Shown piece after piece: positions 27,515 through 37,794 of a stretch of 64,000 bases of DNA. The position numbers were made by a program, and so were the translations under genes. The first letter of the stretch is position 1. Each line of letters begins with the position of its first letter. The DNA lies in assembly GCA_963702025.1 (NCBI GenBank), contig OY969699.1, forward strand, positions 1,088,001 through 1,152,000, written 5' to 3'. The notes beneath the pieces were generated by a model. That model saw only the letters and a program-made list of their open reading frames with translations, was not told where the DNA came from and ran no database searches. The stretch comes from an uncultured bacterium (lineage in GTDB: Bacteria > Babelota > Babeliae > Babelales > Vermiphilaceae).

Positions 27515-29026
27515 TTACTTTTGCCAATTCATGGCTAAATCAACCAATAACCGCACCCCGTAACCGGTCGCACTATGCGGCCGATAATACGGAAGATCAG
27601 GCACATCATAGGCAGTACCGGCAATATCAAGATGGGCCCACGGGATATCATCCACGAAATTTTGAAGAAATAATGCTGCCGTAATTGCACCGGCTCTATA
27701 GGTTGGACTGCCAATATTGCTAATATCGGCCACCGGTGATCTAATAGCAGGTTTAAAATCATCTGACAAGGGAAGGCGCCAAACACGATCACCCGTGCGA
27801 TCCGCAGATTCTTCTAACTTTTCAACAAGATCATCATGATTACTCATTAAACCCGCAAAGAACGGCCCGAGGGCATGTGAGCAGGCCCCGGTTAATGTTG
27901 CAACATCGATTATCGCATCAACCGTATAATGTTTTACCACATAAGAAAGTGCATCAGCTAATATCAGGCGCCCTTCAGCATCAGTATTTTTAATTTCTGC
28001 CGTTTTTCCATTATAGAAACGAACAATATCGCCTGGCTTTGCTGCCGTGCCACTGGGTAAATTTTCTGATAATGGCGTGACGCCGATCACATTTATATCG
28101 GGCTTTAATTGTGCCAAAGAAGCCATCGTTGCAATAACTGCCGCCGCCCCGGACATATCTTCTTTCATTGTCTCCATTGCATTGGCAGGTTTGATACTGA
28201 GGCCACCAGAATCAAAGGTGATCCCTTTGCCCACAAATGCAACGGTCGGTGCATTTTTTTTGCCGCATTTATATTCCATGATAACCAGTTGGCAATCAAG
28301 CGCAGAGCCGCGCGAAACGGCACTTAGCCCGCCCATGCCCATCTGGTTAATCTCTTTTTCATTAAAAACGGTGCATTTAAGATCAAAATCTTTGCAAACT
28401 TTCTTTGCCTTTTCTGCTAAATCTGTTGGGTGCAAAACTATTGGTGGTAAATCTATCCAGTGGCGCGCTTTGTTAACCGACGTCGCAATAATTTCACCGG
28501 TCTTAATTCCTTCTTCTGCTTCTTTCTTATCCCCAGCGAGCACAACCAACGTAATTTCACGATTTTCTATTACTTTTCGCGCCTTATCAGTAATATATTC
28601 GTCAAAATGGTATGCGCCAATATTGCTCATCAAGGCAGTTTGGCCCGCAATATAACCAATTGGTGCGCCAAATTCGCCTACCGTTGGTAATTCAAGTGCC
28701 AATGAGGGGACCTTAAGCTCTTCCATAATGCGCATTAATTTGCCGATTACACGACGATAATTTTCATGCACTATCTTGCCGCCTACCTTTTTTCCAATAC
28801 CAATAAGTATGAGGTAGAAATTCTGCTCTTTGTGAGCATAGGGAATTATTACACTCGAAAGTAAACTTCCATTAAATCCACGTTCTTCAACGAGGGCATT
28901 AATTGCGGGAAATACATCGGAAAAATGATTCAATACACTATGATTGAAATCTTGTTCGAGTATAACCGCTTTAGCAATTGCTTTTGTTGAGAGCAATTGC
29001 TGATTAGTGAGTGAAATGGTTACCAT
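27515..29026 (-). CDS. pepA: Leucyl aminopeptidase (M17)
   Basis: 'VGKGITFDSGG', 'NTDAEGRL', 'ATLTGA', 'WAHLDIAG'. Confidence 0.96.
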   Translation of the reverse strand: MVTISLTNQQLLSTKAIAKAVILEQDFNHSVLNHFSDVFPAINALVEERGFNGSLLSSVIIPYAHKEQNFYLILIGIGKKVGGKIVHENYRRVIGKLMRIMEELKVPSLALELPTVGEFGAPIGYIAGQTALMSNIGAYHFDEYITDKARKVIENREITLVVLAGDKKEAEEGIKTGEIIATSVNKARHWIDLPPIVLHPTDLAEKAKKVCKDFDLKCTVFNEKEINQMGMGGLSAVSRGSALDCQLVIMEYKCGKKNAPTVAFVGKGITFDSGGLSIKPANAMETMKEDMSGAAAVIATMASLAQLKPDINVIGVTPLSENLPSGTAAKPGDIVRFYNGKTAEIKNTDAEGRLILADALSYVVKHYTVDAIIDVATLTGACSHALGPFFAGLMSNHDDLVEKLEESADRTGDRVWRLPLSDDFKPAIRSPVADISNIGSPTYRAGAITAALFLQNFVDDIPWAHLDIAGTAYDVPDLPYYRPHSATGYGVRLLVDLAMNWQK

Positions 29027-29075
29027 TATGATCCTTTGCAAATGAACAAATTGGTGGAATTTCCCTTTCAGAATA

Positions 29076-30194
29076 TCAGATCTGGGCCAAAAGTTCATCA
29101 GGATCTTCAGTCACTTGTGTAAAATGTTTATTCTTCAATTCGCCATTTACTACTTCATCAATAAATGCGCGAATTTCCTTTATATATTTTTCAGGATTAT
29201 AAAAGTAAGAATCAAAATGGCGTCGACCATTAGTCAGCCACAATTTTTTATAGTTACTTGACGCATTTTCATATACGCTTTTTACTGCCGCAACAGCTAC
29301 TTTTTCATCATTTTTACAATGAATTAAAAAGCACGGCACCTCTGCATCAATTTTTGCAATAGACTGGCATGGACTAATAGGATACATCCGAATATCAACA
29401 TTTTTGGTATCAAGGGTACTTACCGTTTTAAGAACCCCTTTAATTAATTCCTGAACGTAGGGATGAAAAGCATATTTTTGCAATAAAGTACAGGCAGGAA
29501 TACTAAAATCATAGCCAAGTAAGGAAAATTTTAGACCTTCTAGGCAGGATTTAATAATGTTTTCACTCGAATCAAACGGACAATCCAAAATCATTGCTTT
29601 AAATAAGGTATTATCTTTTGCTTGTGCTTCAATGGCAGCAACGGCTCCCATTGAAAATCCATAGACAATAACCGGTTTATTTTTTAGATAAGGGTGATTT
29701 TGGAGAAAGTGACCCGCAGCCATAACGTCAAGAGCCTCATCGCGGCCAAATGTACAACGCTGCCCTTCACAATGTTCGCCATGCGCTCGAAAATCGAAAG
29801 TCATAAAATTGAATTTACCCTGCGGAAACATATGGCGAAGAAACCCGACATCAAATTTATCACACATAAATCCATGACAGATAAGAATTGTTGCCTTGGC
29901 ATTAGGGTAATAAACAAGCCTTCCATAACGCACAATATCTCGGTCGGCATAGTCGGTTTTAGGGACATGTATGGCCACATGTTCAACAGTTGCGTTAGGT
30001 ATTATATTTCTTTTGCTTGATAGAATAGCCCCATAGTCATTTTTAACGACAGAATCTATTGCCACATGGGTAGGTGCAATAAGATCTTTATGTGCAATTA
30101 AGGTGTGTTTTCGGCTGACAAGAACAACCGTACCAATCATAAGCAAGACGATACTACTTGCCAGTAGTTTAGCAGTTTGTCTTGCGCGGCCCAT
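29076..30194 (-). CDS. Membrane-anchored alpha/beta hydrolase
   Basis: 'CHGF', 'FDFRAHG', GFSMG nucleophile, N-terminal TM. Confidence 0.85.
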   Translation of the reverse strand: MGRARQTAKLLASSIVLLMIGTVVLVSRKHTLIAHKDLIAPTHVAIDSVVKNDYGAILSSKRNIIPNATVEHVAIHVPKTDYADRDIVRYGRLVYYPNAKATILICHGFMCDKFDVGFLRHMFPQGKFNFMTFDFRAHGEHCEGQRCTFGRDEALDVMAAGHFLQNHPYLKNKPVIVYGFSMGAVAAIEAQAKDNTLFKAMILDCPFDSSENIIKSCLEGLKFSLLGYDFSIPACTLLQKYAFHPYVQELIKGVLKTVSTLDTKNVDIRMYPISPCQSIAKIDAEVPCFLIHCKNDEKVAVAAVKSVYENASSNYKKLWLTNGRRHFDSYFYNPEKYIKEIRAFIDEVVNGELKNKHFTQVTEDPDELLAQI

Positions 30195-30309
30195 AATAGA
30201 TACTCCTCAAATTAGATTTTTTATCTTCATTTGAAGAGTATCAATTAAATTTTTCTATTTGCAATATTTTAATAAAAATATTTACTTATTTGTGCAACAA
30301 AGGCCTTTT

Positions 30310-31296
30310 TTAAAAAGGTGCATTATAGGCTCGCATAATTGCACAAACCTCTTTAAGGCGAACACGAGGATGATTAAAAAGAACAAAAGAGGGCTGCAAC
30401 GTGGGCTGGAATTTTTTCCAATAGCGCTGACGATCGGACAATTTAAATAGTTTTATCGATGCTTTATAACATTTACGTGCTATGATAGTGGAAAATAAGC
30501 CAAGTCCTTGAATCTTGCCCAATTGTTCTCCTGGCAATGGTCCAATTGAAAGAAAACGGCACCCTTCGGCACGCAACACATCAAGGGCACATAATACCAT
30601 AAATTCCGATGTTGTTTTAGGCGCTTCAGGGGTAACCAATAACACATGTATCACCCAGCCATTGTGCACATCGAGACGATTCATTATCATAACACCTATT
30701 ATTTTTCCATCCTGCTCAGCATAAAACCAGCGTTTATTTTCACGATATGAAAATACCTCAATGCGTGATATATAGACTTGGGGACCTGAACGCGCCTTAA
30801 GCCAATCTACTGCAACCTGCTCCATTGCTTTTTCAAGGGTACTATCATGGCCTGTATATTCCTTGACCGTAATGCCTTCACGGATTGAATGATTATATTT
30901 TCTGCGCAAAAGATTAGCATGAGGACCACTGCGTGCTTTAGGGTCTTGCAGAGGATCTAAAATGATTTCGTGCCCAATTTCTAATGTAGAACACCGATAA
31001 TTTTTGAACGCCCAGGTAACAAATTGTTCGGAAGCAACCACATACACCACCCTTTTTCGCTGAGTTTTGCAATATGCATGAAAAGCATCCACTAATTCAG
31101 GCATATCATCAGCAGAACAAGCCGGGTCACCAAACACCACAGCGCAGTTTAAGTGAATTTTATAAGGAATTACCCCATCAACGGTCGGTATTGTAAAAAT
31201 ACCACAAGAAGGATCCAACAATGCGATTGTTGCCGCGTTGCCCCATTTTTGTATGTAATAGGCGCGCGAATAATCTATTATACTACTAGTCTCCAA
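30310..31296 (-). CDS. Stand-alone DUF2156 / aminoacyl-phosphatidylglycerol synthase (MprF) catalytic-like domain
   Basis: 'AVVFGDP', 'APKTTSEF', 'LSIGPLP', 'YWKKFQP'; no flippase domain. Confidence 0.75.
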   Translation of the reverse strand: METSSIIDYSRAYYIQKWGNAATIALLDPSCGIFTIPTVDGVIPYKIHLNCAVVFGDPACSADDMPELVDAFHAYCKTQRKRVVYVVASEQFVTWAFKNYRCSTLEIGHEIILDPLQDPKARSGPHANLLRRKYNHSIREGITVKEYTGHDSTLEKAMEQVAVDWLKARSGPQVYISRIEVFSYRENKRWFYAEQDGKIIGVMIMNRLDVHNGWVIHVLLVTPEAPKTTSEFMVLCALDVLRAEGCRFLSIGPLPGEQLGKIQGLGLFSTIIARKCYKASIKLFKLSDRQRYWKKFQPTLQPSFVLFNHPRVRLKEVCAIMRAYNAPF

Positions 31297-31439
31297 GGGA
31301 TACTCCTTTTTTTACAGTGTTACCCTCACACGGTAAAAGTAGCAACATCGGTTAGTAAAAATCAATCCTGCGCAGTAAAAGAAAAAATATCTTTGGATGT
31401 TATGTATAGTAAAAATATTAAAAAATTTCTCTCTTCAAT

Positions 31440-31474
31440 AAAAAAGCACCGCAACATAATACGGTGCTTTTTTT
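31440..31474. terminator. Bidirectional terminator
   Basis: aaaaaagcaccg...cggtgctttttt. Confidence 0.75.
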
Positions 31475-31494
31475 TGTAGCTAAATCAATATTAT

Positions 31495-32115
31495 TTATTT
31501 TCTTTCATCCAAACCTAAATGTTTATATGCCCAAGCAGCCAAAAATCCACCTAAAAGAGCACCGCCGACATACATTATAATATCGGCCCATACGATATGC
31601 GCGCCCTTTATAATACCAAAGAGATTTGAGCCCAACGCTATAGCTGGGTTAAACAAACCACCTGAAAGTGGTGAACCGGCAAGTACTAATGCTGGAACGG
31701 TAAAGCCGATGGCAAATCCAAAAATATGACTGCCTTTAAAGCGCTCTGAATGTGCCACCACTAAAACAACCAAGACAAACACGAATGCCAACAAAACTTC
31801 AACAATAAATGCCGGTAGCATTGCAATGCTTGGTTCAGGAATTGTGACCGAACCTCGCAGATAATATGCAATAATGTACGCAGTGAAACCGCCTAGAATT
31901 TGCGCACCAAAATATTTCACCAATTCATCTTGACGTAAGCGACCGATAAGATAAACCCCCAATGAAACCGCCGGGTTATAGTGGCCACCCGAAATATACC
32001 CACCAATATAGATCCAGGCCATAAGCATTGCAGCAATAGCAATCGCATTACCCGTTAAAGCAATGGTGAGAATGAGGAAAAATGTGCCTAAAAATTCTAT
32101 GATTAAACGTCTCAT
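31495..32115 (-). CDS. MIP/aquaporin family channel
   Basis: 'EFLGTF', 'ISGGHYNPAVS', second 'FNPAIALG'. Confidence 0.93.
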   Translation of the reverse strand: MRRLIIEFLGTFFLILTIALTGNAIAIAAMLMAWIYIGGYISGGHYNPAVSLGVYLIGRLRQDELVKYFGAQILGGFTAYIIAYYLRGSVTIPEPSIAMLPAFIVEVLLAFVFVLVVLVVAHSERFKGSHIFGFAIGFTVPALVLAGSPLSGGLFNPAIALGSNLFGIIKGAHIVWADIIMYVGGALLGGFLAAWAYKHLGLDERK

Positions 32116-32195
32116 CACGTTTTCCTTTTTAGAAAGAGTAAGAATAGATAACAACAAAATTGAATCTACTCTGGCTTATTAATAACAGTCAAGAG

Positions 32196-32224
32196 AAGAG
32201 CACCGTTTGTTAAACGGTGCTCTT
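32196..32224. terminator. Terminator hairpin
   Basis: aagagcaccgttt/aaacggtgctctt perfect 13-bp IR. Confidence 0.7.
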
Positions 32225-32229
32225 AGATT

Positions 32230-33288
32230 TTATTTGGCGTACAGAGCTTTATTAAGCTTAAGTGCAGCAAATTCAATTATACTCACCGTTTCGGTCGTAT
32301 CCTTAAGTGGCGCTAAAATTGCAAAATCATGAACAGTTCCTAATATTCTTATAGCTGCAACATCAACGCCGGCTTGCATAAGCTTATGCGCATATGCTTC
32401 GCCTTCGTATCGCAATACATCATGCTCGTCGGTCACTATGAAGGCCGGCGGCAATCCTTGCAATTCTTCAACCGTTGCACGCAATGGTGATGCACTCGAT
32501 TTTAACCTGTCTGCCGTATTAGGCGCAAAATTATCCCAGAACCATTCCATAGCTTTTCTGCTCAGCCAATACCCATCAGCAAATTCTTGGTAGGTCGGCG
32601 TGTCAAATACAGCATCAGTAACCGGATACAAAAGAACTTGATAGGTAATTTTAGGTTCGCCTCTTTGTTTTGCTAACTGTGTTACTGCTGCCGTCATAAG
32701 CCCTCCGACGCTATCTCCCATCAGTGCAAGGCGGGTAGTATCAATGCCCAATTCAGCGCCATGTGTTGCCGCATATTTTGCTACGGCATACGTTTGCTCT
32801 ATAGCTACCGGATACTGCGCCTCTGGCGACGGTGTATAGTTAACGAATATAACTGCAACTTTTGCCCAATTTGCTATCCTACGTATCAGTAAATCATGCG
32901 TTTCTTTATTGCCCAACACCCAGCCGCCACCGTGGGAATAAATAACAGCAGGCAATATGCCTTTAACATCTTTTGGACGAACGATCCTCACTGACACCTG
33001 CTCTTCAAGTCCAGCGGACAGCATTCTATCTTCTATAATGGCTGGCATTGTGTTAACCGTGGGCGCCTGTAAATCATTGAGAACTTTTCGGGCTTGCTCA
33101 GGGGTTAACGCATAAATCGGTGGGCCATCTTTTTTGGCTAAATCATCCAAAAAATGCGCTATCTGCGGATCCAGACTTTTATCGGTAGCTGCTCCGCCAC
33201 TACTTCTTTTATTCATAATCAGATATGCACCAACGGCAATGCTTGCTGCTAAAAGCGCAACCAAGACTATTGTTTTTTGTTGACTCAT
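32230..33288 (-). CDS. HSL-family lipase/esterase with N-terminal anchor
   Basis: 'HGGGW', 'GDSVGG', 'DVLRYEG', 'VHDF'. Confidence 0.92.
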   Translation of the reverse strand: MSQQKTIVLVALLAASIAVGAYLIMNKRSSGGAATDKSLDPQIAHFLDDLAKKDGPPIYALTPEQARKVLNDLQAPTVNTMPAIIEDRMLSAGLEEQVSVRIVRPKDVKGILPAVIYSHGGGWVLGNKETHDLLIRRIANWAKVAVIFVNYTPSPEAQYPVAIEQTYAVAKYAATHGAELGIDTTRLALMGDSVGGLMTAAVTQLAKQRGEPKITYQVLLYPVTDAVFDTPTYQEFADGYWLSRKAMEWFWDNFAPNTADRLKSSASPLRATVEELQGLPPAFIVTDEHDVLRYEGEAYAHKLMQAGVDVAAIRILGTVHDFAILAPLKDTTETVSIIEFAALKLNKALYAK

Positions 33289-33314
33289 CGTAAACTCCTT
33301 GTTTTTTGAGTGCA

Positions 33315-34805
33315 TTATTCTTTTGTATCTGCCGGCGTCTGTCCTACAAATTGTGCCGTTACTTCTTGCAATTCTTTTTTGCCCATTGCATTGGTAAATC
33401 GCCCTTTTAAGCTGCCATCTTTGTATATGAGAACACATGGAATTTTGGTGACATAATATTTGGCAGCAATATCCGGCAACGCCGCAATGTCAACAGATAT
33501 AAATTGTGCATAATCTTTAAATTGCTGCGAGACTGCGTCAAAATGGGGCAACATGGCCATACATGAGGGACAATATTCGGCATAAAAATCAACAACCACG
33601 GGCACCTTGGAATCTTTAATTAACTCTTCGAACTCGGCAAGAGATGCTACATGTTTCACCAACGATGGCGTTATAGCAACCGGTGCTCTTTGTTTTTCTT
33701 GTAAACGGGAAGCAATTTCTGCATTAAAACCAATTTCATTCAAGAAAGTATCTGCATCCAGCGCTGCTTTAATACCGCTTCCGGCAGCAACTCCTGCTTG
33801 GCGATAGCGGTGATCTTCTGCATCGCCGGCCGCATATACACCCGGTATTGATGTTTCCTGGGTATGACTATCTATGATAATATATCCGGCATTATCAAGT
33901 TTAAGTGACTTTTTAAAGATATCAGTATTAGGTTTATGGCCAATGGCAAGAAAGATACCATCAATCGGCATGATTTTGGTTGTTTTATCTTTATTATTAT
34001 AGAGTTCGATGCCGGTCACATGAGTATCATTACCAATAACTTTTTTTGGTTCAACGTTAAACATTACTGACACATGAGGATACCCACTGAGCAATTCTTG
34101 ATTGGTCGGCGCTGCTTTCATCTTATCTTTGCGTACCAAAATCGTAACTTTTTTAGCATACGCTGCCAATTGAATTGCTTCGGCAATGGCTGAATCACCA
34201 CCACCAACTATCACTACTTCTTTGCCTTGATAAAAAGGTGCATCACACACGGCACACGTTGCAACACCCTTTGCCCAATATTCCTGCTCTCCGGGTATTT
34301 TTAAAAATAATGGTGATGCACCGGTGGCAATGATAACCGTTAAGGCATAAATAGTTTTGCCATCTTGAGTATAAATCAGATAAGGCCACTGGCTAAAATC
34401 AACCTTTTCAACAACATCATCTAAGAATTGAGCACCAAAATGAGCTGCCTGTTCTTTTAATTCTTTCATTAAATCTTTGCCTAAAATCGCCTTGAAACCG
34501 GGCCAATTTTCAACATAGGTTGTTTCAGTTAAAAGCCCTCCCGGCTTGCTTCCTTCAATAACAAGCGTCTTTTTCTTAGCACGTGCGCCATACAACCCTG
34601 CGCTTAACCCGGCCGGACCCGACCCAACAATAACAATTGGAAATACATTCTCTTTCGTTTCAAGTCCCGTAAAATCATAATGTCGCTTAAACATTCCTGA
34701 AAACCATCCCCCCAAAAGGCTATCCGTTGATATACACCCGGGAAGAACAAGGAGTACACACGTCAGAAAGGCACATCCGTTTATTCTCACTAACCGATTA
34801 TTCAT
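33315..34805 (-). CDS. trxB: Thioredoxin reductase fused to a C-terminal thioredoxin, with lipoprotein-like signal
   Basis: 'GSGPAG', 'VENWPG', CAVC, 'GGGDSA', 'AAGDAEDHRYRQA'; C-terminal 'VVVDFYAEYCPSC'; N-terminal 'LLVLPGC'. Confidence 0.9.
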   Translation of the reverse strand: MNNRLVRINGCAFLTCVLLVLPGCISTDSLLGGWFSGMFKRHYDFTGLETKENVFPIVIVGSGPAGLSAGLYGARAKKKTLVIEGSKPGGLLTETTYVENWPGFKAILGKDLMKELKEQAAHFGAQFLDDVVEKVDFSQWPYLIYTQDGKTIYALTVIIATGASPLFLKIPGEQEYWAKGVATCAVCDAPFYQGKEVVIVGGGDSAIAEAIQLAAYAKKVTILVRKDKMKAAPTNQELLSGYPHVSVMFNVEPKKVIGNDTHVTGIELYNNKDKTTKIMPIDGIFLAIGHKPNTDIFKKSLKLDNAGYIIIDSHTQETSIPGVYAAGDAEDHRYRQAGVAAGSGIKAALDADTFLNEIGFNAEIASRLQEKQRAPVAITPSLVKHVASLAEFEELIKDSKVPVVVDFYAEYCPSCMAMLPHFDAVSQQFKDYAQFISVDIAALPDIAAKYYVTKIPCVLIYKDGSLKGRFTNAMGKKELQEVTAQFVGQTPADTKE

Positions 34806-34920
34806 TAAAGCTCCTCTGGCTACATTTTTTCTTATATTAGGAATCGACAAATAAGTTTGGCTTTATTATATTAATATATATTTTACCGATATATTTTGAT
34901 CTTACTCAAGGGACATCATC

Positions 34921-37794
34921 ATGAAATATTCATCTCTTTTTTCCAAAGTTGCTTTTTTTCTTATCATAGCCACCAGTATACCCAAGATAGTGGCAGATAC
35001 CAATGAAGTGATTAAGAATGATTCGCCCGAGCAGGTCCAATCTTTAAAAGAAGCCGACTTTTTACAGGCACTTGCCAAAGATTGCAAGGAAAAAGCAGAG
35101 CACCTCATGATAGTAATGGGTTCGATTGTTGATCTTAATGCTGCCGGTGGCGTAGGTCTTATGAATGCGCTTAATCCAGTGTTATCAATATGTACTCAGG
35201 TCGGCAATAGTCTTGAAAACCCTTCAACTCAAGAATTATATGCTACAATTACCAACCTGACATATTGCACCAATTATCTTAATCGTTTGCTCGATCTGGG
35301 AATTGATAAGGTAGGCGAATTTTTACCCGAGCCACCTTCAAAGGATATTGATAACAAAACATTACCCAAAGAATGGGATAATTTTGGCACCGCATTTGCT
35401 GCACTTGCAAAAAAAATCATAGAAGCGGAACAAGATTTATGGGGCACTGCTTTAATGCATGTAAAAACCCAGATGAATCAGCTTGATAAAATCTTAGGCG
35501 ATATAAACACCAATATAGCCAACAGTCCTATTGTTAATAAAGCCGACATCAAAAAAGAAATTATGGATTTGCGCAATATTTTACACCAATTTCAAAAAGG
35601 AATTGGTGGCGCTACTGCCAATCCTTCATTAGTAATGGATATGCATAGCATCAATAAAGCAATTATTAACTATCTACAAGACTGCCAAAAGCACAAGTTC
35701 AGAAAATGGATAAATTTTGATGTTTTTCTTGAAAAATCACAACTCAGAGAAGAGCCGGCACAAAGCTCTCAAGAGGCTCTCTTTAGAATAATGGCCACCA
35801 ATCAAGAACTTGTACAACTTGAAAAAGATTCCGAATCAATAGACTTGTCATTCGGAAATAAAGCTACTCGTTTTCTCGATGACTATATTTTAACCCCTAT
35901 TGAACGGTATGATTTAGATTTTTATGGCGCTTTCTTATTGTGTTTTGGAATCGGAGGCGCTTATTACTTCGATGACTATTTTTTTTCAGATGAAAATTGT
36001 CTATTTAGAAAATGGGTTGGCTTCCCTGATAAAAAATTATTAACCGAAGATGATCAGGGAAGAACGATAGCGGTTGATCGCAAACATAAACCGGTAAAAG
36101 CATTCGGAAAACTAGAAAAATTTCTGCGTGATCAATATTATGTAACCTATCCTATCGGGGCTTATTTGACCACCCACTTTATGAATGGCTTAAAGGAAAA
36201 ATGGGCTCGGATTAGACCTGATATTTATAGAAAAATAAAAGTATGGTTTACCAAAGCCAAAGGTGGTTCATTCATCAAATTATCTGAAAAAATAGACCGC
36301 ATCAGCTCTTCATCAGTAACCTTTGCAGACGTTATTGGCCACGAATATGAAAAAAGTCTTATTTATCCATTTATCAAGTATATTAAGGACCCAGAACGCT
36401 GGGATGCACGTGAGTTAACTCCGCCGACAGGCATTCTGTTGACCGGTCCAACTCGTAGTGGAAAAACCTTCTTTGCAAAAGCAATTTGTGGCGAATTATC
36501 AAAACAAATGGCTAGTGATTCGATACGCTTTATTTCTATTGATGCGCATGATATTAAAGCAAACGGTATTCAAACATGGATGGCCTTGGCAAAAGCAGTT
36601 GCGCCATGCGTTATCTTCATTGATGAAATCGATTTGCTTGGTTTGCAAAGAAATCAAGATAAGACAATGCTTTCCGATTTCTTACAAGCATTAAGCGGTA
36701 TTGCCGATAATGATCCAAAGAAAAAGGTTATCGTGATTGGCACCACCAATAAACCGGAAAACATCGATCACGCCTTAATACAATCAGGACGCTTGGCGCT
36801 CGAGATTCGCTTTAAATATCCAAATTTAAAAGAGCGTGTTGAATACATTAGAAAGCAGCTTGATAAATTTGCAATCAATCCGGAAGCATTTGATATCGAT
36901 GTTGATAGGTTCGCGCGTGAAATGGAGGGCCGTTCGTTTGAAGATATTAAATTGGTGATTGATAGCGCCTTTATCCATGTCGGTATCAAGGGAGACATTA
37001 TCTCTCAAGAGATACTGGAATGGTCTCTTGATACCCAGCTGCGCAAAATAATCGATATTGATACCAAAGAAATTTCAGACTCAGAAAAACGTACCTTAGC
37101 AGCCCATTTTGCAGGGCAAGTGCTCACGCAAATTCTTCTGAACATGGAAGAACAGATTGCTAAAGTAACCATACATCAAGTGGTGGTTAAAGTTAAAGAA
37201 GAAAGCGTCTATGATCAATACTATCAGCAAACTAAACAGACGGGGCTTGAGCAAGGAGCGCTCTTTACCTATTTGCCGAGTGATACTCTTGATATTAAAA
37301 ATCAGGATGAAATGTTGAAGAAAGCAAAAACACTCCTGGGTGCCCGTGTTGCTGAACGTATTGTTACCAATACATGCAGTACCGCCTATGGCTGGAAGAA
37401 AAACTCAGCATTCAATATGCTCAAAGCAATTGTTGCCGATGGTATCGATCTCAAATCACTTTCCAAAAATGGGCAAAATGCAATTAGTGATGAAACGCTG
37501 GCAAAACTCAAACGATGTGAAGCTGAAGTGGAACAATTACTTCTTGCGCATAAAGAGACGCTGATTGCCCTCACTGATGCACTGCAGCACAAGCAAATAT
37601 TAACTTTCAATCAAATAACTAAAATCATTGAACAGATTGAAGGTAAAAGACCAAAGAATATGCATGACACCACCCAATCTCTGCATACTGTTCATGACAA
37701 ACAGGAGATGCCACTCAATGCAACCGAGTACATGGCTTTTAATAATGATGATGCAGAAGAAGATGATGAAGAGGCTGAGCCTGCCCTTATTTAA
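34921..37794 (+). CDS. FtsH-like membrane AAA+ ATPase with a degenerate protease domain
   Basis: Walker A GPTRSGKT, Walker B IFIDEID, 'TTNKPENID...SGRL'; 'LAAHFAGQ' in place of HEAGH; 'LLGARVAE'. Confidence 0.85.
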   Translation: MKYSSLFSKVAFFLIIATSIPKIVADTNEVIKNDSPEQVQSLKEADFLQALAKDCKEKAEHLMIVMGSIVDLNAAGGVGLMNALNPVLSICTQVGNSLENPSTQELYATITNLTYCTNYLNRLLDLGIDKVGEFLPEPPSKDIDNKTLPKEWDNFGTAFAALAKKIIEAEQDLWGTALMHVKTQMNQLDKILGDINTNIANSPIVNKADIKKEIMDLRNILHQFQKGIGGATANPSLVMDMHSINKAIINYLQDCQKHKFRKWINFDVFLEKSQLREEPAQSSQEALFRIMATNQELVQLEKDSESIDLSFGNKATRFLDDYILTPIERYDLDFYGAFLLCFGIGGAYYFDDYFFSDENCLFRKWVGFPDKKLLTEDDQGRTIAVDRKHKPVKAFGKLEKFLRDQYYVTYPIGAYLTTHFMNGLKEKWARIRPDIYRKIKVWFTKAKGGSFIKLSEKIDRISSSSVTFADVIGHEYEKSLIYPFIKYIKDPERWDARELTPPTGILLTGPTRSGKTFFAKAICGELSKQMASDSIRFISIDAHDIKANGIQTWMALAKAVAPCVIFIDEIDLLGLQRNQDKTMLSDFLQALSGIADNDPKKKVIVIGTTNKPENIDHALIQSGRLALEIRFKYPNLKERVEYIRKQLDKFAINPEAFDIDVDRFAREMEGRSFEDIKLVIDSAFIHVGIKGDIISQEILEWSLDTQLRKIIDIDTKEISDSEKRTLAAHFAGQVLTQILLNMEEQIAKVTIHQVVVKVKEESVYDQYYQQTKQTGLEQGALFTYLPSDTLDIKNQDEMLKKAKTLLGARVAERIVTNTCSTAYGWKKNSAFNMLKAIVADGIDLKSLSKNGQNAISDETLAKLKRCEAEVEQLLLAHKETLIALTDALQHKQILTFNQITKIIEQIEGKRPKNMHDTTQSLHTVHDKQEMPLNATEYMAFNNDDAEEDDEEAEPALI

